64,000 nucleotides of DNA, taken from Planctomycetota bacterium. Lineage in GTDB: Bacteria; Planctomycetota; PLA2; JAEUHO01. The notes beneath the pieces were generated by a model. The model was not told the origin of the DNA. It did no database searches and saw only the letters and a program-made list of their open reading frames with translations. Each line of letters opens with the position of its first letter. The first letter of the stretch is position 1. This document shows positions 48,820 to 58,239 of the stretch, in pieces. The translations under genes were made by a program, and so were the position numbers. Location: positions 32,001 through 96,000 of the forward strand of contig JBFWRP010000003.1 of the NCBI GenBank assembly GCA_050248855.1, read 5' to 3'.

Positions 48820-49101
48820 TCACGTGACGTCCAGCTCGTGGTCGAGCAGCCGCGCGACCGGGTGGACGCGCAGGGCTTCGAGCACCGTCTCCAGCGGGGC
48901 TCGGGCCGCCGCGGCGGTGTTCGCCACGCTGGCAAAGCCCAGGGCCGCGACCTGCCGGAGCTCGTTGTCGTCCACCTCCGCGGCGGCAAGGTGCCAGCGG
49001 GAACGCGCGCGGTCGAGCACCGAGCGAACGACCTGCCGCTTGTCCTTCAGCGAACGGGCCGCGGGGATCTCCAGACGGACGTACAGGGCGCCTACGTGCA
49101 T
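48820..49101 (-). CDS. DUF503 (YlxP-like) protein
   Basis: MHVGALYVRLEIPAARSLKDKRQVVRS...AAEVD. Confidence 0.85.
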   Translation of the reverse strand: MHVGALYVRLEIPAARSLKDKRQVVRSVLDRARSRWHLAAAEVDDNELRQVAALGFASVANTAAAARAPLETVLEALRVHPVARLLDHELDVT

Positions 49102-49145
49102 GGCGCCATCATCCCTGAGGTCGGTGGCAGGTACCATCCGCCCCC

Positions 49146-50063
49146 ATGGCGTACAGCCTGGACGACAAGCTCGTGGTCGGCGTCAGCACGCGGGCCCTGT
49201 TCGACCTGGGCGAGGCCCACGAGGTGTTCCGCAGCCAGGGGGTGGAGGCCTACACGCGCTACCAGATCGACAACCAGCGCGTTCCCCTGGCCCCCGGCAC
49301 CGGCTACCCGCTGGTCAAGGGCCTGCTCGGCATCAACCAGCGGCTGGGCGAGACGCTGGTGGAGGTCGTGATCGTGTCGCGCAACAGCGCCGACACGGGA
49401 CTGCGCACGCGCTACAGCATCGAGGCCCTGGGGCTGCCCATCGCGCGGGCGGCCTTCACCCGGGGGCGTCCGGTGGCCGACTACCTCGAGGCCTTCAGCT
49501 GCGATCTCTTCCTCTCCGCCGAGGACGCTGACGTGGTGCGCGCCCTCCAGGCGGGCTTCGCCGCGGGCAAGATCCTGCCCGTGCCGGCCAACGCGCAGCA
49601 CGAGGACGAAGTGCGTGTCGCGTTCGACGGCGATGCCGTGTTGTTCGGGGCCGCCAGCGAAGAGATCTACCAGCGTGATGGCTTGGAGGCGTTCCAGGCC
49701 CACGAGGCGGCGCGCGCGGCCGAACCCATGGAAGCCGGGCCGTTCCTGCCCTTCCTGAAGGCCCTGTGTCGCATCCAGGAGCGCTTCCCGCCCGAGGACT
49801 GCCCCGTACGCACGGCGCTCATCACGGCACGCGACAGCGTCAGCCACGAGCGCGTCGTCAACACGTTGCACGCCTTGGGCGTGCGCATCGACGAGTGCTT
49901 CTTCCTGGGCGGTGTGCGCAAGGCCCCGATCGTCAAGGCGTTCCGACCGCACATCTTCTTCGACGACCAGCTCGTTCACGCCGGGCCGGCCTCCGAGGTC
50001 GCGCCGGCGGCGCAGGTCCCGCGCACGCCGCCGCCAGCCTCGCCCGGGGTCGAGCCCCGATGA
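49146..50063 (+). CDS. 5'-nucleotidase (cN-I-like family)
   Basis: LVVGVSTRALFDL, SRNS, RVAFDGDAVLF and PHIFFDDQ. Confidence 0.92.
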   Translation: MAYSLDDKLVVGVSTRALFDLGEAHEVFRSQGVEAYTRYQIDNQRVPLAPGTGYPLVKGLLGINQRLGETLVEVVIVSRNSADTGLRTRYSIEALGLPIARAAFTRGRPVADYLEAFSCDLFLSAEDADVVRALQAGFAAGKILPVPANAQHEDEVRVAFDGDAVLFGAASEEIYQRDGLEAFQAHEAARAAEPMEAGPFLPFLKALCRIQERFPPEDCPVRTALITARDSVSHERVVNTLHALGVRIDECFFLGGVRKAPIVKAFRPHIFFDDQLVHAGPASEVAPAAQVPRTPPPASPGVEPR

Positions 50064-52210
50064 GGGCGGGGGCCGCGGCGGATGCGCGGCGCCGACCCAC
50101 GCGGATCGAGCTGCTGGTTGCCGTGGCGGCGTTCCTCGTGTTCGCCGTGCAGCCCTTGGCGGGGCGGCGCTTGCTGCCGCGCCTGGGCGGGACGCCGGCG
50201 GTGTGGGCGGCCGCGCTCGTGGTGTTCCAGACGCTGTACCTGCTCGCGCAAGGTCTGGCCCATGCGCTCGCCCGGCGACCGGCGTGGCGACGACCGGGGC
50301 TCGTGGTGCTCGTCGTCTTGGCCCTCGCCAACGCGGCCTTCACGTGGCGCTCGTGGGGCGCACCGGGCGCCCATGCGGATCCCGCGCTCTGGCTCGTCGG
50401 CACGCTCCTCGTGGGCCTCGGTCCGCTCGTCGTCGCGCTCGCCGTGACCACGCCGCTGCTCCACCGCGCGTTCGTCGAACGCGGCGGCGCGCCGGGACGC
50501 GCGTGGCACCTCGTGGCCTGGGGGAGCGGGGGCAGCCTGGCGGCGTTGTTGCTGTACCCGACGCTGCTCGAGCCGGCGCTGGGCGTGCGTTCGCTCGTGA
50601 CGGCGTGGGGGCCGCTTGCAGCGTCCGTCGTGGCGGCCGTGGCGGTCGTGGCTTGGCCGCGCGCGGGCGTGGCCACGGCTCTCGGAGGCGGCCCGAGAAT
50701 GCGCTGGCCGCGCGAGACCTGGGGCCTCGTGCTGCGGGCCGCGCTCGCGAGCGGGCTGTTCCTGGCCGTCACGGCCCACATCACGACCGACCTGGCGCCC
50801 GTGCCCCTGCTCTGGGTCGTGCCGCTGGCGCTCTTCCTGCTCGGGTCGATCCTGGCCTTCGTGCCGCGCGCCGCGCACACGGTCGACCTCGCCGGCCACG
50901 CCGTGGCGCCCCTGGGCGTCCTCGTCGCGGCGCTGGTGCTGGCGGAGCGCACCGAGTGGATGGCCGTGCAGGTGCTGGTCTTCCTCGCGTTCGTCGCCGT
51001 GGCGAGCCTCGACCTCTGGGGCGCCCTCGCTCGGCGTCGCCCGTCCGACCCCGCGCGCGCGACGGGCTGGTACCTGGCGACCGCCATCGGCGGAGCGCTG
51101 GGCGGCCTGGGCGTGGGCCTGTTGGCGCCTTGGCTGCTGAGCGGGCCCTACGAGCTTGCGCTCTTGATCTTCGGCGTCGTCGCCGTGCGGGGTGTCCACC
51201 CGACGACGGGCGTGATCGGCCCTCGACCCGCAGGGCCCACGATCGCCAAGCTCTTGCTGGGTGCGGCCTTCGTGCTCGGCCTGTTCTTCGGCATGGGGTT
51301 CCTCCGTGACGAGCCCGAAGGCTTCCTCGTGCTGGCCGTGCTCGCGACGGTCGTCACGCTGGCCTTGCGCTTGGCGGGTCGTCCCGTGGCGGTCGGCGCC
51401 CTGGCGGGCCTCCTCGTGCTTCCCACCCTGGCCCTGCGGTTGGACTTCAACGTCCTGGCCCAGGAGCGCACGTTCTTCGGTACGCATCTGGTGCTCGAGG
51501 TCGAGGGCTCCTCGGACGAGGGCGGCCACCACCGCCTGCTGCACGGGCGCACGATCCACGGCGTGCAGCTTGACCACGCACCGCGAGCTCCCACGCTCTA
51601 CTACGGTCGCGATACACCCATCGGGGACGTCATGGAGGACCTCGCCAGGCGCACGATCACGCCTCGCGTCGGCATCGTGGGCCTGGGTGTCGGCACGCTC
51701 TTGGCCTACGCACGCGAAGGCTGGTCGGTCCACGTGATCGAGATCGACGAGGCCGTCGTGCGCATCGCCAGCGACCCGCGCCTCTTCACCTTCGTCCGCG
51801 ACACCGCTGCCGCCCTCCGGATCACGGTGGGGGACGGTCGGCGCGAGCTGGAGCAGGTCCCCGCCGGGAGCATCGACCTGTTGGTCGTGGACGCGTTCTC
51901 CTCGGACGCCGTCCCCATCCACCTGCTCACGCGCGAGGCCGTCGAAGGCGATCTGCGTGTGCTGGCGGAGGACGGCGTCGCGGCGTTCCACGTGTCCTCC
52001 CAGTACGTGGACTTGGTGCCCGTGCTGGGCGCCGCCGCGCGCGCCGTGGGCGCCGTGGCGGTCACGAAGACATCCAGCGGTTCGCACTGGGTGGTCCTGG
52101 CGCGGCGCGAAGCGGACGTGACGGCGCTACGGGCCCGCGGCTTCCAGGATGCGGCCGTGGGCCGTGCGTGGACCGACGACCGCGTGCATCTGCTGGACGC
52201 ACTGCGCTGA
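50060..52210 (+). CDS. Fused membrane (MFS-like)/spermidine-synthase-like methyltransferase
   Basis: Many TM segments, then HGRTIHG, VGLGVGT, EID, GDGR, DAFSSDAVPIHLLT and WTDD. Confidence 0.88.
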   Translation: MRAGAAADARRRPTRIELLVAVAAFLVFAVQPLAGRRLLPRLGGTPAVWAAALVVFQTLYLLAQGLAHALARRPAWRRPGLVVLVVLALANAAFTWRSWGAPGAHADPALWLVGTLLVGLGPLVVALAVTTPLLHRAFVERGGAPGRAWHLVAWGSGGSLAALLLYPTLLEPALGVRSLVTAWGPLAASVVAAVAVVAWPRAGVATALGGGPRMRWPRETWGLVLRAALASGLFLAVTAHITTDLAPVPLLWVVPLALFLLGSILAFVPRAAHTVDLAGHAVAPLGVLVAALVLAERTEWMAVQVLVFLAFVAVASLDLWGALARRRPSDPARATGWYLATAIGGALGGLGVGLLAPWLLSGPYELALLIFGVVAVRGVHPTTGVIGPRPAGPTIAKLLLGAAFVLGLFFGMGFLRDEPEGFLVLAVLATVVTLALRLAGRPVAVGALAGLLVLPTLALRLDFNVLAQERTFFGTHLVLEVEGSSDEGGHHRLLHGRTIHGVQLDHAPRAPTLYYGRDTPIGDVMEDLARRTITPRVGIVGLGVGTLLAYAREGWSVHVIEIDEAVVRIASDPRLFTFVRDTAAALRITVGDGRRELEQVPAGSIDLLVVDAFSSDAVPIHLLTREAVEGDLRVLAEDGVAAFHVSSQYVDLVPVLGAAARAVGAVAVTKTSSGSHWVVLARREADVTALRARGFQDAAVGRAWTDDRVHLLDALR

Positions 52211-52212
52211 CG

Positions 52213-53943
52213 TCAGCGTCCGCGGTCCAGCGTCTCGTGGATGCGCGAGGCCACACGCAGGGCGTTGGCGTAGATCGTCATCGTGTAGGGGACCGACCCG
52301 CCCGAGGGCATGAAGCTGCCGTCGGTGACCCACAGGTTGGGCGTGTCGTGGGCACGGCAGTCGCGGTCGAGCACCGACGTGCGCGGGTCGTCGCCGAAGC
52401 GGCACGTGCCGGCGATCAGGTTGGTGCTGGGGCCGCCGAAGCTGTCGGGGGTGCGCACCTTGCGTACCCCCATGGCCTCGAGCACTTCGGAGCCGCGGGC
52501 CACGAGGTCGCGCACGGCCTGCAGCGAGCGGGGGTGGTTCACCGCGCGCACGTGGCACACCGGCAAGCCCAGCTTGTCCTTGACCGTGTCGCTGAGTCGC
52601 ATCCAGCAGCCCTCGTGGGGCAGCCAGTCGGAGAAGGTCTCGAAGCGCAGGTGCATCACGTCGTGGAAGTACCAGCGCAGGCGCTCCTTGAGTGGGGCGC
52701 CCCAGAGCGGCACGTAGTCGGGTCGCTCGTCCCAGATCGCCTGCGTGACGGCGGCCAGCACGGGGTTGGGATGCACGCGCAGGAAGTTGATCGTGCCCGC
52801 CTTCACGAGGCCGGGCGCCGGAGGCACGTCGTCGCGGCCCGCGCGGCGTCGCGGGTCCGCCGGGTCGTACCAGTACCAGTCCTGCACGATGCGGTTGACG
52901 AACGGCTCGTCGCTGGCAAGCGCCGGGTCGCGCGCCAGGGCGAAATCGCCCCAGCCCGCGCCGAACGAGCAGAACAACAAGTGGCGGCCCACCTGCCCGC
53001 TCGTGTTGCCCAGGCCCCGCGGGTGCTTGGGCCCGCGCGAGAGCAACAGGAGGCGTGCGGACTCGAGCGCCTGGCAGGCGACCACGAAGACGGAGGCCTC
53101 CGTGCGGTGGGCGCGCCCGCCGCCGTCCACCCAATGCGCGGCGCGCACGGCCCCCGACGCATCGGTCTCCAGGCGCGTGACGCGCGCCTTCGAGATGACG
53201 TCGCAGCGACCCGTGGCTTCGGCGCGATGCACGAACGCCGAGAGGCCCGAGCCCTTGGCGCCGACGGCGCAGCCGAAGCTGCCGCAGTAGCCGTTGTAGT
53301 CGCAGGCCTGGCGGGCCAAGCCAGGCGCCTCGGGCATGTCCTGCGACAGCACGGCGCGCGGCAAGGGCACGCTCGTGAGGCCCAGCTTGGCGCATACGGC
53401 GTCGACGCGTTGCGCGAGGGGATGCTCGGAGAGCGGCGGCTGCGGGTAGCCGGGCGTGGAGCGCGGCTCGAACAGGTGCCGGTTCTGCGGCACGACGCGA
53501 CCCGACAGGCCGACTTGCCGCTCGACTTCGGCGTACCACGGCTCCATCTCGCCGTAGTCCAACGGCCAGTCGGCTACCGACGCATCGGGCACGGGCCCGA
53601 ACGAAGAGAGCTGGCGGAAGTCCGAGGGCTTCATGCGCATCATGAAGCCGCTCATCAAGACGCTGCTGCCGCCGACGAGGCTGCCGTTCCAGAACAGCGA
53701 CGTGGGGGCGCCGCTGCCGGCCTGCGCCGCGCCGACGGTTTCCTGGACCATGGGCTCGGCGGCGGCCGAGGGCGTGAACGCACCGCGGCGCACGACGGCG
53801 ATCTCGTCCTTGACGAAGTCGCTCTCCTGGTAGCGCCCGCCCTTCTCGAGCAGCAACACCCGATGCCCCGCCTCGGCCAGCACGGCCGCCACGGGGGCAC
53901 CGCCCGCACCGCTGCCCACCACGATGGCGTCGTACGCGCTCAT
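52213..53943 (-). CDS. GMC-family FAD oxidoreductase (gluconate 2-dehydrogenase flavoprotein-like)
   Basis: YDAIVVGSGAGG, VGGSS, CDYNGYCGSFGC, GTCRFG and NLWVTDGS. Confidence 0.9.
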   Translation of the reverse strand: MSAYDAIVVGSGAGGAPVAAVLAEAGHRVLLLEKGGRYQESDFVKDEIAVVRRGAFTPSAAAEPMVQETVGAAQAGSGAPTSLFWNGSLVGGSSVLMSGFMMRMKPSDFRQLSSFGPVPDASVADWPLDYGEMEPWYAEVERQVGLSGRVVPQNRHLFEPRSTPGYPQPPLSEHPLAQRVDAVCAKLGLTSVPLPRAVLSQDMPEAPGLARQACDYNGYCGSFGCAVGAKGSGLSAFVHRAEATGRCDVISKARVTRLETDASGAVRAAHWVDGGGRAHRTEASVFVVACQALESARLLLLSRGPKHPRGLGNTSGQVGRHLLFCSFGAGWGDFALARDPALASDEPFVNRIVQDWYWYDPADPRRRAGRDDVPPAPGLVKAGTINFLRVHPNPVLAAVTQAIWDERPDYVPLWGAPLKERLRWYFHDVMHLRFETFSDWLPHEGCWMRLSDTVKDKLGLPVCHVRAVNHPRSLQAVRDLVARGSEVLEAMGVRKVRTPDSFGGPSTNLIAGTCRFGDDPRTSVLDRDCRAHDTPNLWVTDGSFMPSGGSVPYTMTIYANALRVASRIHETLDRGR

Positions 53944-54563
53944 CGGGCGAGGTCGTCCATGCGCAGGTGGGGGACGATCGGCCGTGGAACACCCGGCACG
54001 TGGCCGAGCCAGCGCCAAGCGGCCTCGTCGCGGTTGCCGCCGTGGAGGGGGTCGCCGAGGAAGCCCTCGAGCGTGAGGACGAGCATCGCGCGCAGCCAGC
54101 GGATGCCGATGCGGATGTCGCGCTCCAAGCCGCGCAGGACCGCGTCCTGCTGGAGGGCCGTGAGCTCGTGGAAGCGGGCCTTGCGGTACCAACGCGCGCT
54201 GCGGTCCACGTGCGCCGCACCCTGGCGCACGAGGTCCTTCGTCTCCTGCGGGACGTCCGGCGAGGCCATCGCGGCATCGAGGTAGCCGATCGCGTTGGTG
54301 CTGGCGGCACCGGGCGCGTCGGGCGTCGTCGGCAGGAGCCGGTCCTGGACGGCGGCGAGCGTGGCGTACAGCGCCGGGTCCAGCGCCCGCGCCGGCACGC
54401 CGGGCGGCGTGGGCTCGACGCGCGGGCCGCTGCCCACCAGCAGCCCGTCCCACCAGAGCACGCCAGCCGCGGTCAGCCCCGCGGCCGTGCCGGCGACCAG
54501 CACGTCGCGCCGCGTCCGTCCGGTCGAAGGCGAGGGCGGCGTGCGCGCGGGCGTCGTTTCCAC
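53940..54563 (-). CDS. Gluconate 2-dehydrogenase subunit 3 family protein (Tat-exported)
   Basis: TRRDVL twin-arginine signal; EGFLGDPLHGGNRD; 4-nt overlap with the GMC gene. Confidence 0.85.
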   Translation of the reverse strand: METTPARTPPSPSTGRTRRDVLVAGTAAGLTAAGVLWWDGLLVGSGPRVEPTPPGVPARALDPALYATLAAVQDRLLPTTPDAPGAASTNAIGYLDAAMASPDVPQETKDLVRQGAAHVDRSARWYRKARFHELTALQQDAVLRGLERDIRIGIRWLRAMLVLTLEGFLGDPLHGGNRDEAAWRWLGHVPGVPRPIVPHLRMDDLAR

Positions 54564-54572
54564 GCCCGGATC

Positions 54573-55778
54573 CTACCGGGGTGTCGGTGCTCCGGAGGGT
54601 CCACGGTCGAGTGACAGGGTCCGCGGGGTGCCGGTCGCCGCGAGAGGCGCGGCCGCCACGTCGGGGGCGAGGTAGTAGCCGTCGCGGCCGTTGCCCTTGA
54701 CGTGGTAGAGCGCACCGTCGGCCCGCTCCAGCGCCAGTGCCAGCGCCCCACGCGCTCCTCCTCGTACCACGTCCGGCGTCAGCACCGCGATGCCGACGGA
54801 GCACGTGACCTTGAGATCGGCGCGCACGTGGTTCCACGGGTGGGTGCGGAAGGCGCGGACGATGCGGCCTGCCAAGTCCACGGCGTGGTGCGTGTCGGTG
54901 GCCATGGCGGCCACGACGAACTCCTCGCCGCCGAGGCGGGCCACGTGGTCCATCGGGCCGACCGTTTCGCGCAGGATCTGCCCGGTGTGGCGGAGCACGT
55001 CGTCGCCAATGGCATGTCCGTAGCGGTCGTTGACCTGCTTGAAGTGGTCGAGGTCGACCATCAGCACCGCCATCGGGATCTCGACTGCGGCCGGCTGCTC
55101 CATGACGCGCAGCAGGTCCTCTTGGAAGCCCAGGCGGTTGGGCAGCTGGGTCAGCACGTCGCGCCGTGCGCGCTGCTGCATCTGGGCCCATTGGGTATGC
55201 AGGCGCGTCTTGGCGGCGTGCGCCGTGTAGGCCGCCAGGCACAGGTACACGACGTTCTGCGCGAGCGCCGCGAGCGCGGTGACGGGCAAGCGTTGCCAGG
55301 CCAGGAACGGCGTCCCGCGCTGGGTCTCGAGGGCCGCCGACGTGATCCCGTGCGGCAAGGCCAGCGCGAACACGGCGTAGGTCAGCACGAGCGTCGTCGT
55401 GAGCCGGATCAGCGTGGTCCCGTCGAACAACAAGCCCGCGAACGCCGTGGTCGCGACCACCAGGATCACCTGCGGGCTGCCCACGCCCCCCGTCTCGAAG
55501 GCCGCCACGATGCCCAGCACGCCGATGGCCGACAGCGCGAGGCTGGGGGCGATGGCACGACGGCGGTGGCCGACGTCCGTGGCCGCGACCAGCAGCCTCC
55601 ACGCCAAGAGGGCGATGGACGCCTCCACCGCCATTGCGAGCGGCGTGGTCGCACCGAGGGCCCAGAGCACGGCATGCAGCAGGGCCAGGGGGGCAAGCAT
55701 CGCGAGCAGCAAGCAGGCGTAGAGCCGCTGCAGCCCGAGAGGACTCGGGTCGAACGTGGTCAGGAACTTGTGGGACAC
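54573..55778 (-). CDS. Membrane-bound diguanylate cyclase
   Basis: About 6 TM segments; DVLTQLPNR, DLDHFKQVNDRYGH and RLGGEEF. Confidence 0.92.
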   Translation of the reverse strand: MSHKFLTTFDPSPLGLQRLYACLLLAMLAPLALLHAVLWALGATTPLAMAVEASIALLAWRLLVAATDVGHRRRAIAPSLALSAIGVLGIVAAFETGGVGSPQVILVVATTAFAGLLFDGTTLIRLTTTLVLTYAVFALALPHGITSAALETQRGTPFLAWQRLPVTALAALAQNVVYLCLAAYTAHAAKTRLHTQWAQMQQRARRDVLTQLPNRLGFQEDLLRVMEQPAAVEIPMAVLMVDLDHFKQVNDRYGHAIGDDVLRHTGQILRETVGPMDHVARLGGEEFVVAAMATDTHHAVDLAGRIVRAFRTHPWNHVRADLKVTCSVGIAVLTPDVVRGGARGALALALERADGALYHVKGNGRDGYYLAPDVAAAPLAATGTPRTLSLDRGPSGAPTPR

Positions 55779-55905
55779 GGGGGTGGTCGTCCTCGGGTGG
55801 GGGGATCGGCCGCACCCCCTATCGGCCTACCGCTGGCGGCGCGTGAGTCGCAGCCCGCAGACGCCGGCGCCCGGGAACGCCCGGAAGTCCGGGCCGCATC
55901 TCGAT

Positions 55906-56247
55906 TCAAACGACCGTTTCCTGCACCCAGGCTGCGTAGGCCGCCTCCACGCCGGCGGGAGCCACGACGACGATCTCGGGCACCTCGTAGGGGTGGCGGC
56001 GCTTGAGGTGGCGCGCCAGGGCCTCCACACCCGCCTTGGTCGTCTTCGCCACCAGCAGCGTCTCGGGGTCGTTCGCCACGGCGCCCTGCCACCAGAACAC
56101 GCTGCGCAGGCCCGGGACCAGGTTGACGCAGGCCGCGAGGCGCTCCTCCACCAGCTCGCGGGCCAGGTCTTCGGCGATGTCGGGCGGGGCGGTCGACAGC
56201 ACCAGCCGCACGCCGTCGGACTTCCACGCGACCTTGGGGTCCGCCAC
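55906..56247 (-). CDS. cutA: Divalent-cation tolerance protein CutA
   Basis: LVEERLAACVN, SVFWWQG, KTT and HPYEVPEI. Confidence 0.92.
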   Translation of the reverse strand: MADPKVAWKSDGVRLVLSTAPPDIAEDLARELVEERLAACVNLVPGLRSVFWWQGAVANDPETLLVAKTTKAGVEALARHLKRRHPYEVPEIVVVAPAGVEAAYAAWVQETVV

Positions 56248-56394
56248 GCTCGCTCTCCCGCCGGCGCCAAGACGGCGCAGCGGAGAGGCTACCCGCGAGG
56301 CGCTCGGGCTCGGGCTCGTGGCCGATCCGGTCGATACAGTCGACGGCGCCGGCGCGCGGGAGGGGCCCGACGCCCGAAGACGGAGCAGGGTCGG

Positions 56395-58230
56395 ATGTGC
56401 GGGATCGTCGGCATCGTGGGGCGGGTCCGCACCACCCCACCCGACCCCATCAGCCGCGCGCTGGGTGCCCTCGCGCGGCGCGGGCCCGACCTGGGCGGCC
56501 GGGCGAGCGGTCGCCTGGGCTCGCACCCGATCGAGCTGGGCATGCGTCGCCTGGCCCTCGTCGCGGCGCACGGTGTCGGCGTTCCCTGGCGCGGGCCGCA
56601 GGGCTCGCTGCTGGTGTTCAACGGCGAGATCTACAACCACGTGGCGCTTCGCGCGCGCCTGGCCGGTGAGGGGCACCCCGAGCCCTGCGGCCCCGGCGAC
56701 GGGAACCTGCTGGCCGCGTGGCTCGAGGCGCATGGCCGCTCCGGCCTCGCCGAGGTGCGCGGCAGCTACGCCTTCGCCTTGCTCCATGCGCCGGACGGCG
56801 AGCTGTGGCTGGCGCGCGATGCGGCGGGCGTGCGCCCGCTCTGCTACGCGCGGGTGCCGGGGGGCTTCGTCTTCGCCAGCACGCTCGACGGTCTCCTGGC
56901 GCTGGGTGCCTTCCCACCCCGGCCCGACGTGGACGCACTCGTCGACGTGCTTCGTGACGGCGTCGTGGCCACGGCGCGGACCGCGCTCGCCGGTGTGCGT
57001 CGCGTGGCGCCCGGCGAGCTGCTCAGGCTGGATGCCGCGCTCGAGCTGTCGAGCGAACACGTCCCCCCGCCGCGCGTCGTCGAGGACGAAGAACCCCACG
57101 ACGTGCTCGATGCCCTGCGCGCCGCAGTGCGCGACCGCCTGCAGCTGGAGCGTCCGATCGGTCTGTTGCTCTCGGGTGGCATCGACTCCGGCCTGCTCGC
57201 CGCCCTGGTGGCGGAGGTCGAGCGCATCCCCACGTTCACGGTGGGCTACCCCGGCCTGCGCGGCGCCGACGAGGTGCAGCGCGCGCGGCGCACGGCCAAG
57301 CGGCTCGATCTCCCGCACCAAGTCGTGCCGTGCCCGCTGGATCCCACGGCCTGGGTCGTGGGCACGGCCCGTGCGTTCGACGAGCCCTTCGCCGACGCGA
57401 GCGCGGTCCCGACCTGGGGCGTGGCGCGCGAGGCGGGCCGGCGCGTACGCGCCCTGCTGACCGGCACGGGCGGCGACGAGGTGTTCGGCGGCTACAGGCG
57501 CTACTGGATGCTCGGGCATGGACCGTGGCTGCGCCACGTGCCGTCGTTCCTGGTCACGCCCATCCAGCGGGTGCTCGACCGCCGCGCGCCCGGCAGCGTC
57601 CGGGTGCTGCGCGCCGCCACCGATCCCGAGGGGCTCTACCGCGGCCTGCTGCGCCTCCAGCCGCTGACGGAGCTGAGGACCGTGTTGGGGCCGCTGCTGC
57701 GCGGCGTGGCCGATCCCGAGCCGCGGCCCGGCCCGACCGATGCCCCGTCGGCCATGCGCGACGACTTCCGCCGCTACTTGCCCGATGACCTGTTGGTCAA
57801 GGAGGACCGTGCGCTCATGGCGCACGGTGTCGAGGGTCGCCATCCGTTCCTGGACGGGCGCGTCCGTCGCGCCGCCGGACGCCTCGAGCTGTCGGGCAGT
57901 CCCCTGCGCGGGACGCAGAAGGCCCTGCTCCGCGCCTACGTGCGCGAGCATGTCGATCCCGACCTCGCGCGCGCGCCCAAGCGCGGCTTCGCCTTCCCCG
58001 TGGACGAGCTCTATCGCGGGCCGCTCCGCGAGCTCGCCGAGGGCTGTTTGCTCGCGGGCCCGGGGCTGGACCGCGGCTTCGTGGACGCCGATGGCGTACG
58101 GCGCCTCTACCGTGAGCACCTCTGCGGCTCGCGCAACCTCGGCGCCGTCATCCATGCACTCGTCATGCTGGAGCTGTGGTCACGGCGCATGCTCGACGTC
58201 ACGAGCCCTTCGCTCGAGGGCGGCGTCTGA
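56395..58230 (+). CDS. asnB: Asparagine synthase (glutamine-hydrolysing) family amidotransferase
   Basis: MCGIVG, FNGEIYNH, LSGGIDS, TGTGGDEVFGGY and PKRGF. Confidence 0.88.
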   Translation: MCGIVGIVGRVRTTPPDPISRALGALARRGPDLGGRASGRLGSHPIELGMRRLALVAAHGVGVPWRGPQGSLLVFNGEIYNHVALRARLAGEGHPEPCGPGDGNLLAAWLEAHGRSGLAEVRGSYAFALLHAPDGELWLARDAAGVRPLCYARVPGGFVFASTLDGLLALGAFPPRPDVDALVDVLRDGVVATARTALAGVRRVAPGELLRLDAALELSSEHVPPPRVVEDEEPHDVLDALRAAVRDRLQLERPIGLLLSGGIDSGLLAALVAEVERIPTFTVGYPGLRGADEVQRARRTAKRLDLPHQVVPCPLDPTAWVVGTARAFDEPFADASAVPTWGVAREAGRRVRALLTGTGGDEVFGGYRRYWMLGHGPWLRHVPSFLVTPIQRVLDRRAPGSVRVLRAATDPEGLYRGLLRLQPLTELRTVLGPLLRGVADPEPRPGPTDAPSAMRDDFRRYLPDDLLVKEDRALMAHGVEGRHPFLDGRVRRAAGRLELSGSPLRGTQKALLRAYVREHVDPDLARAPKRGFAFPVDELYRGPLRELAEGCLLAGPGLDRGFVDADGVRRLYREHLCGSRNLGAVIHALVMLELWSRRMLDVTSPSLEGGV

Positions 58231-58239
58231 ACCCACCGC

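Noticed and set aside
48454..49101. Genomic island integrated at tRNA-Phe
   Set aside because: No integrase, no duplicated tRNA 3' end seen, and no compositional shift
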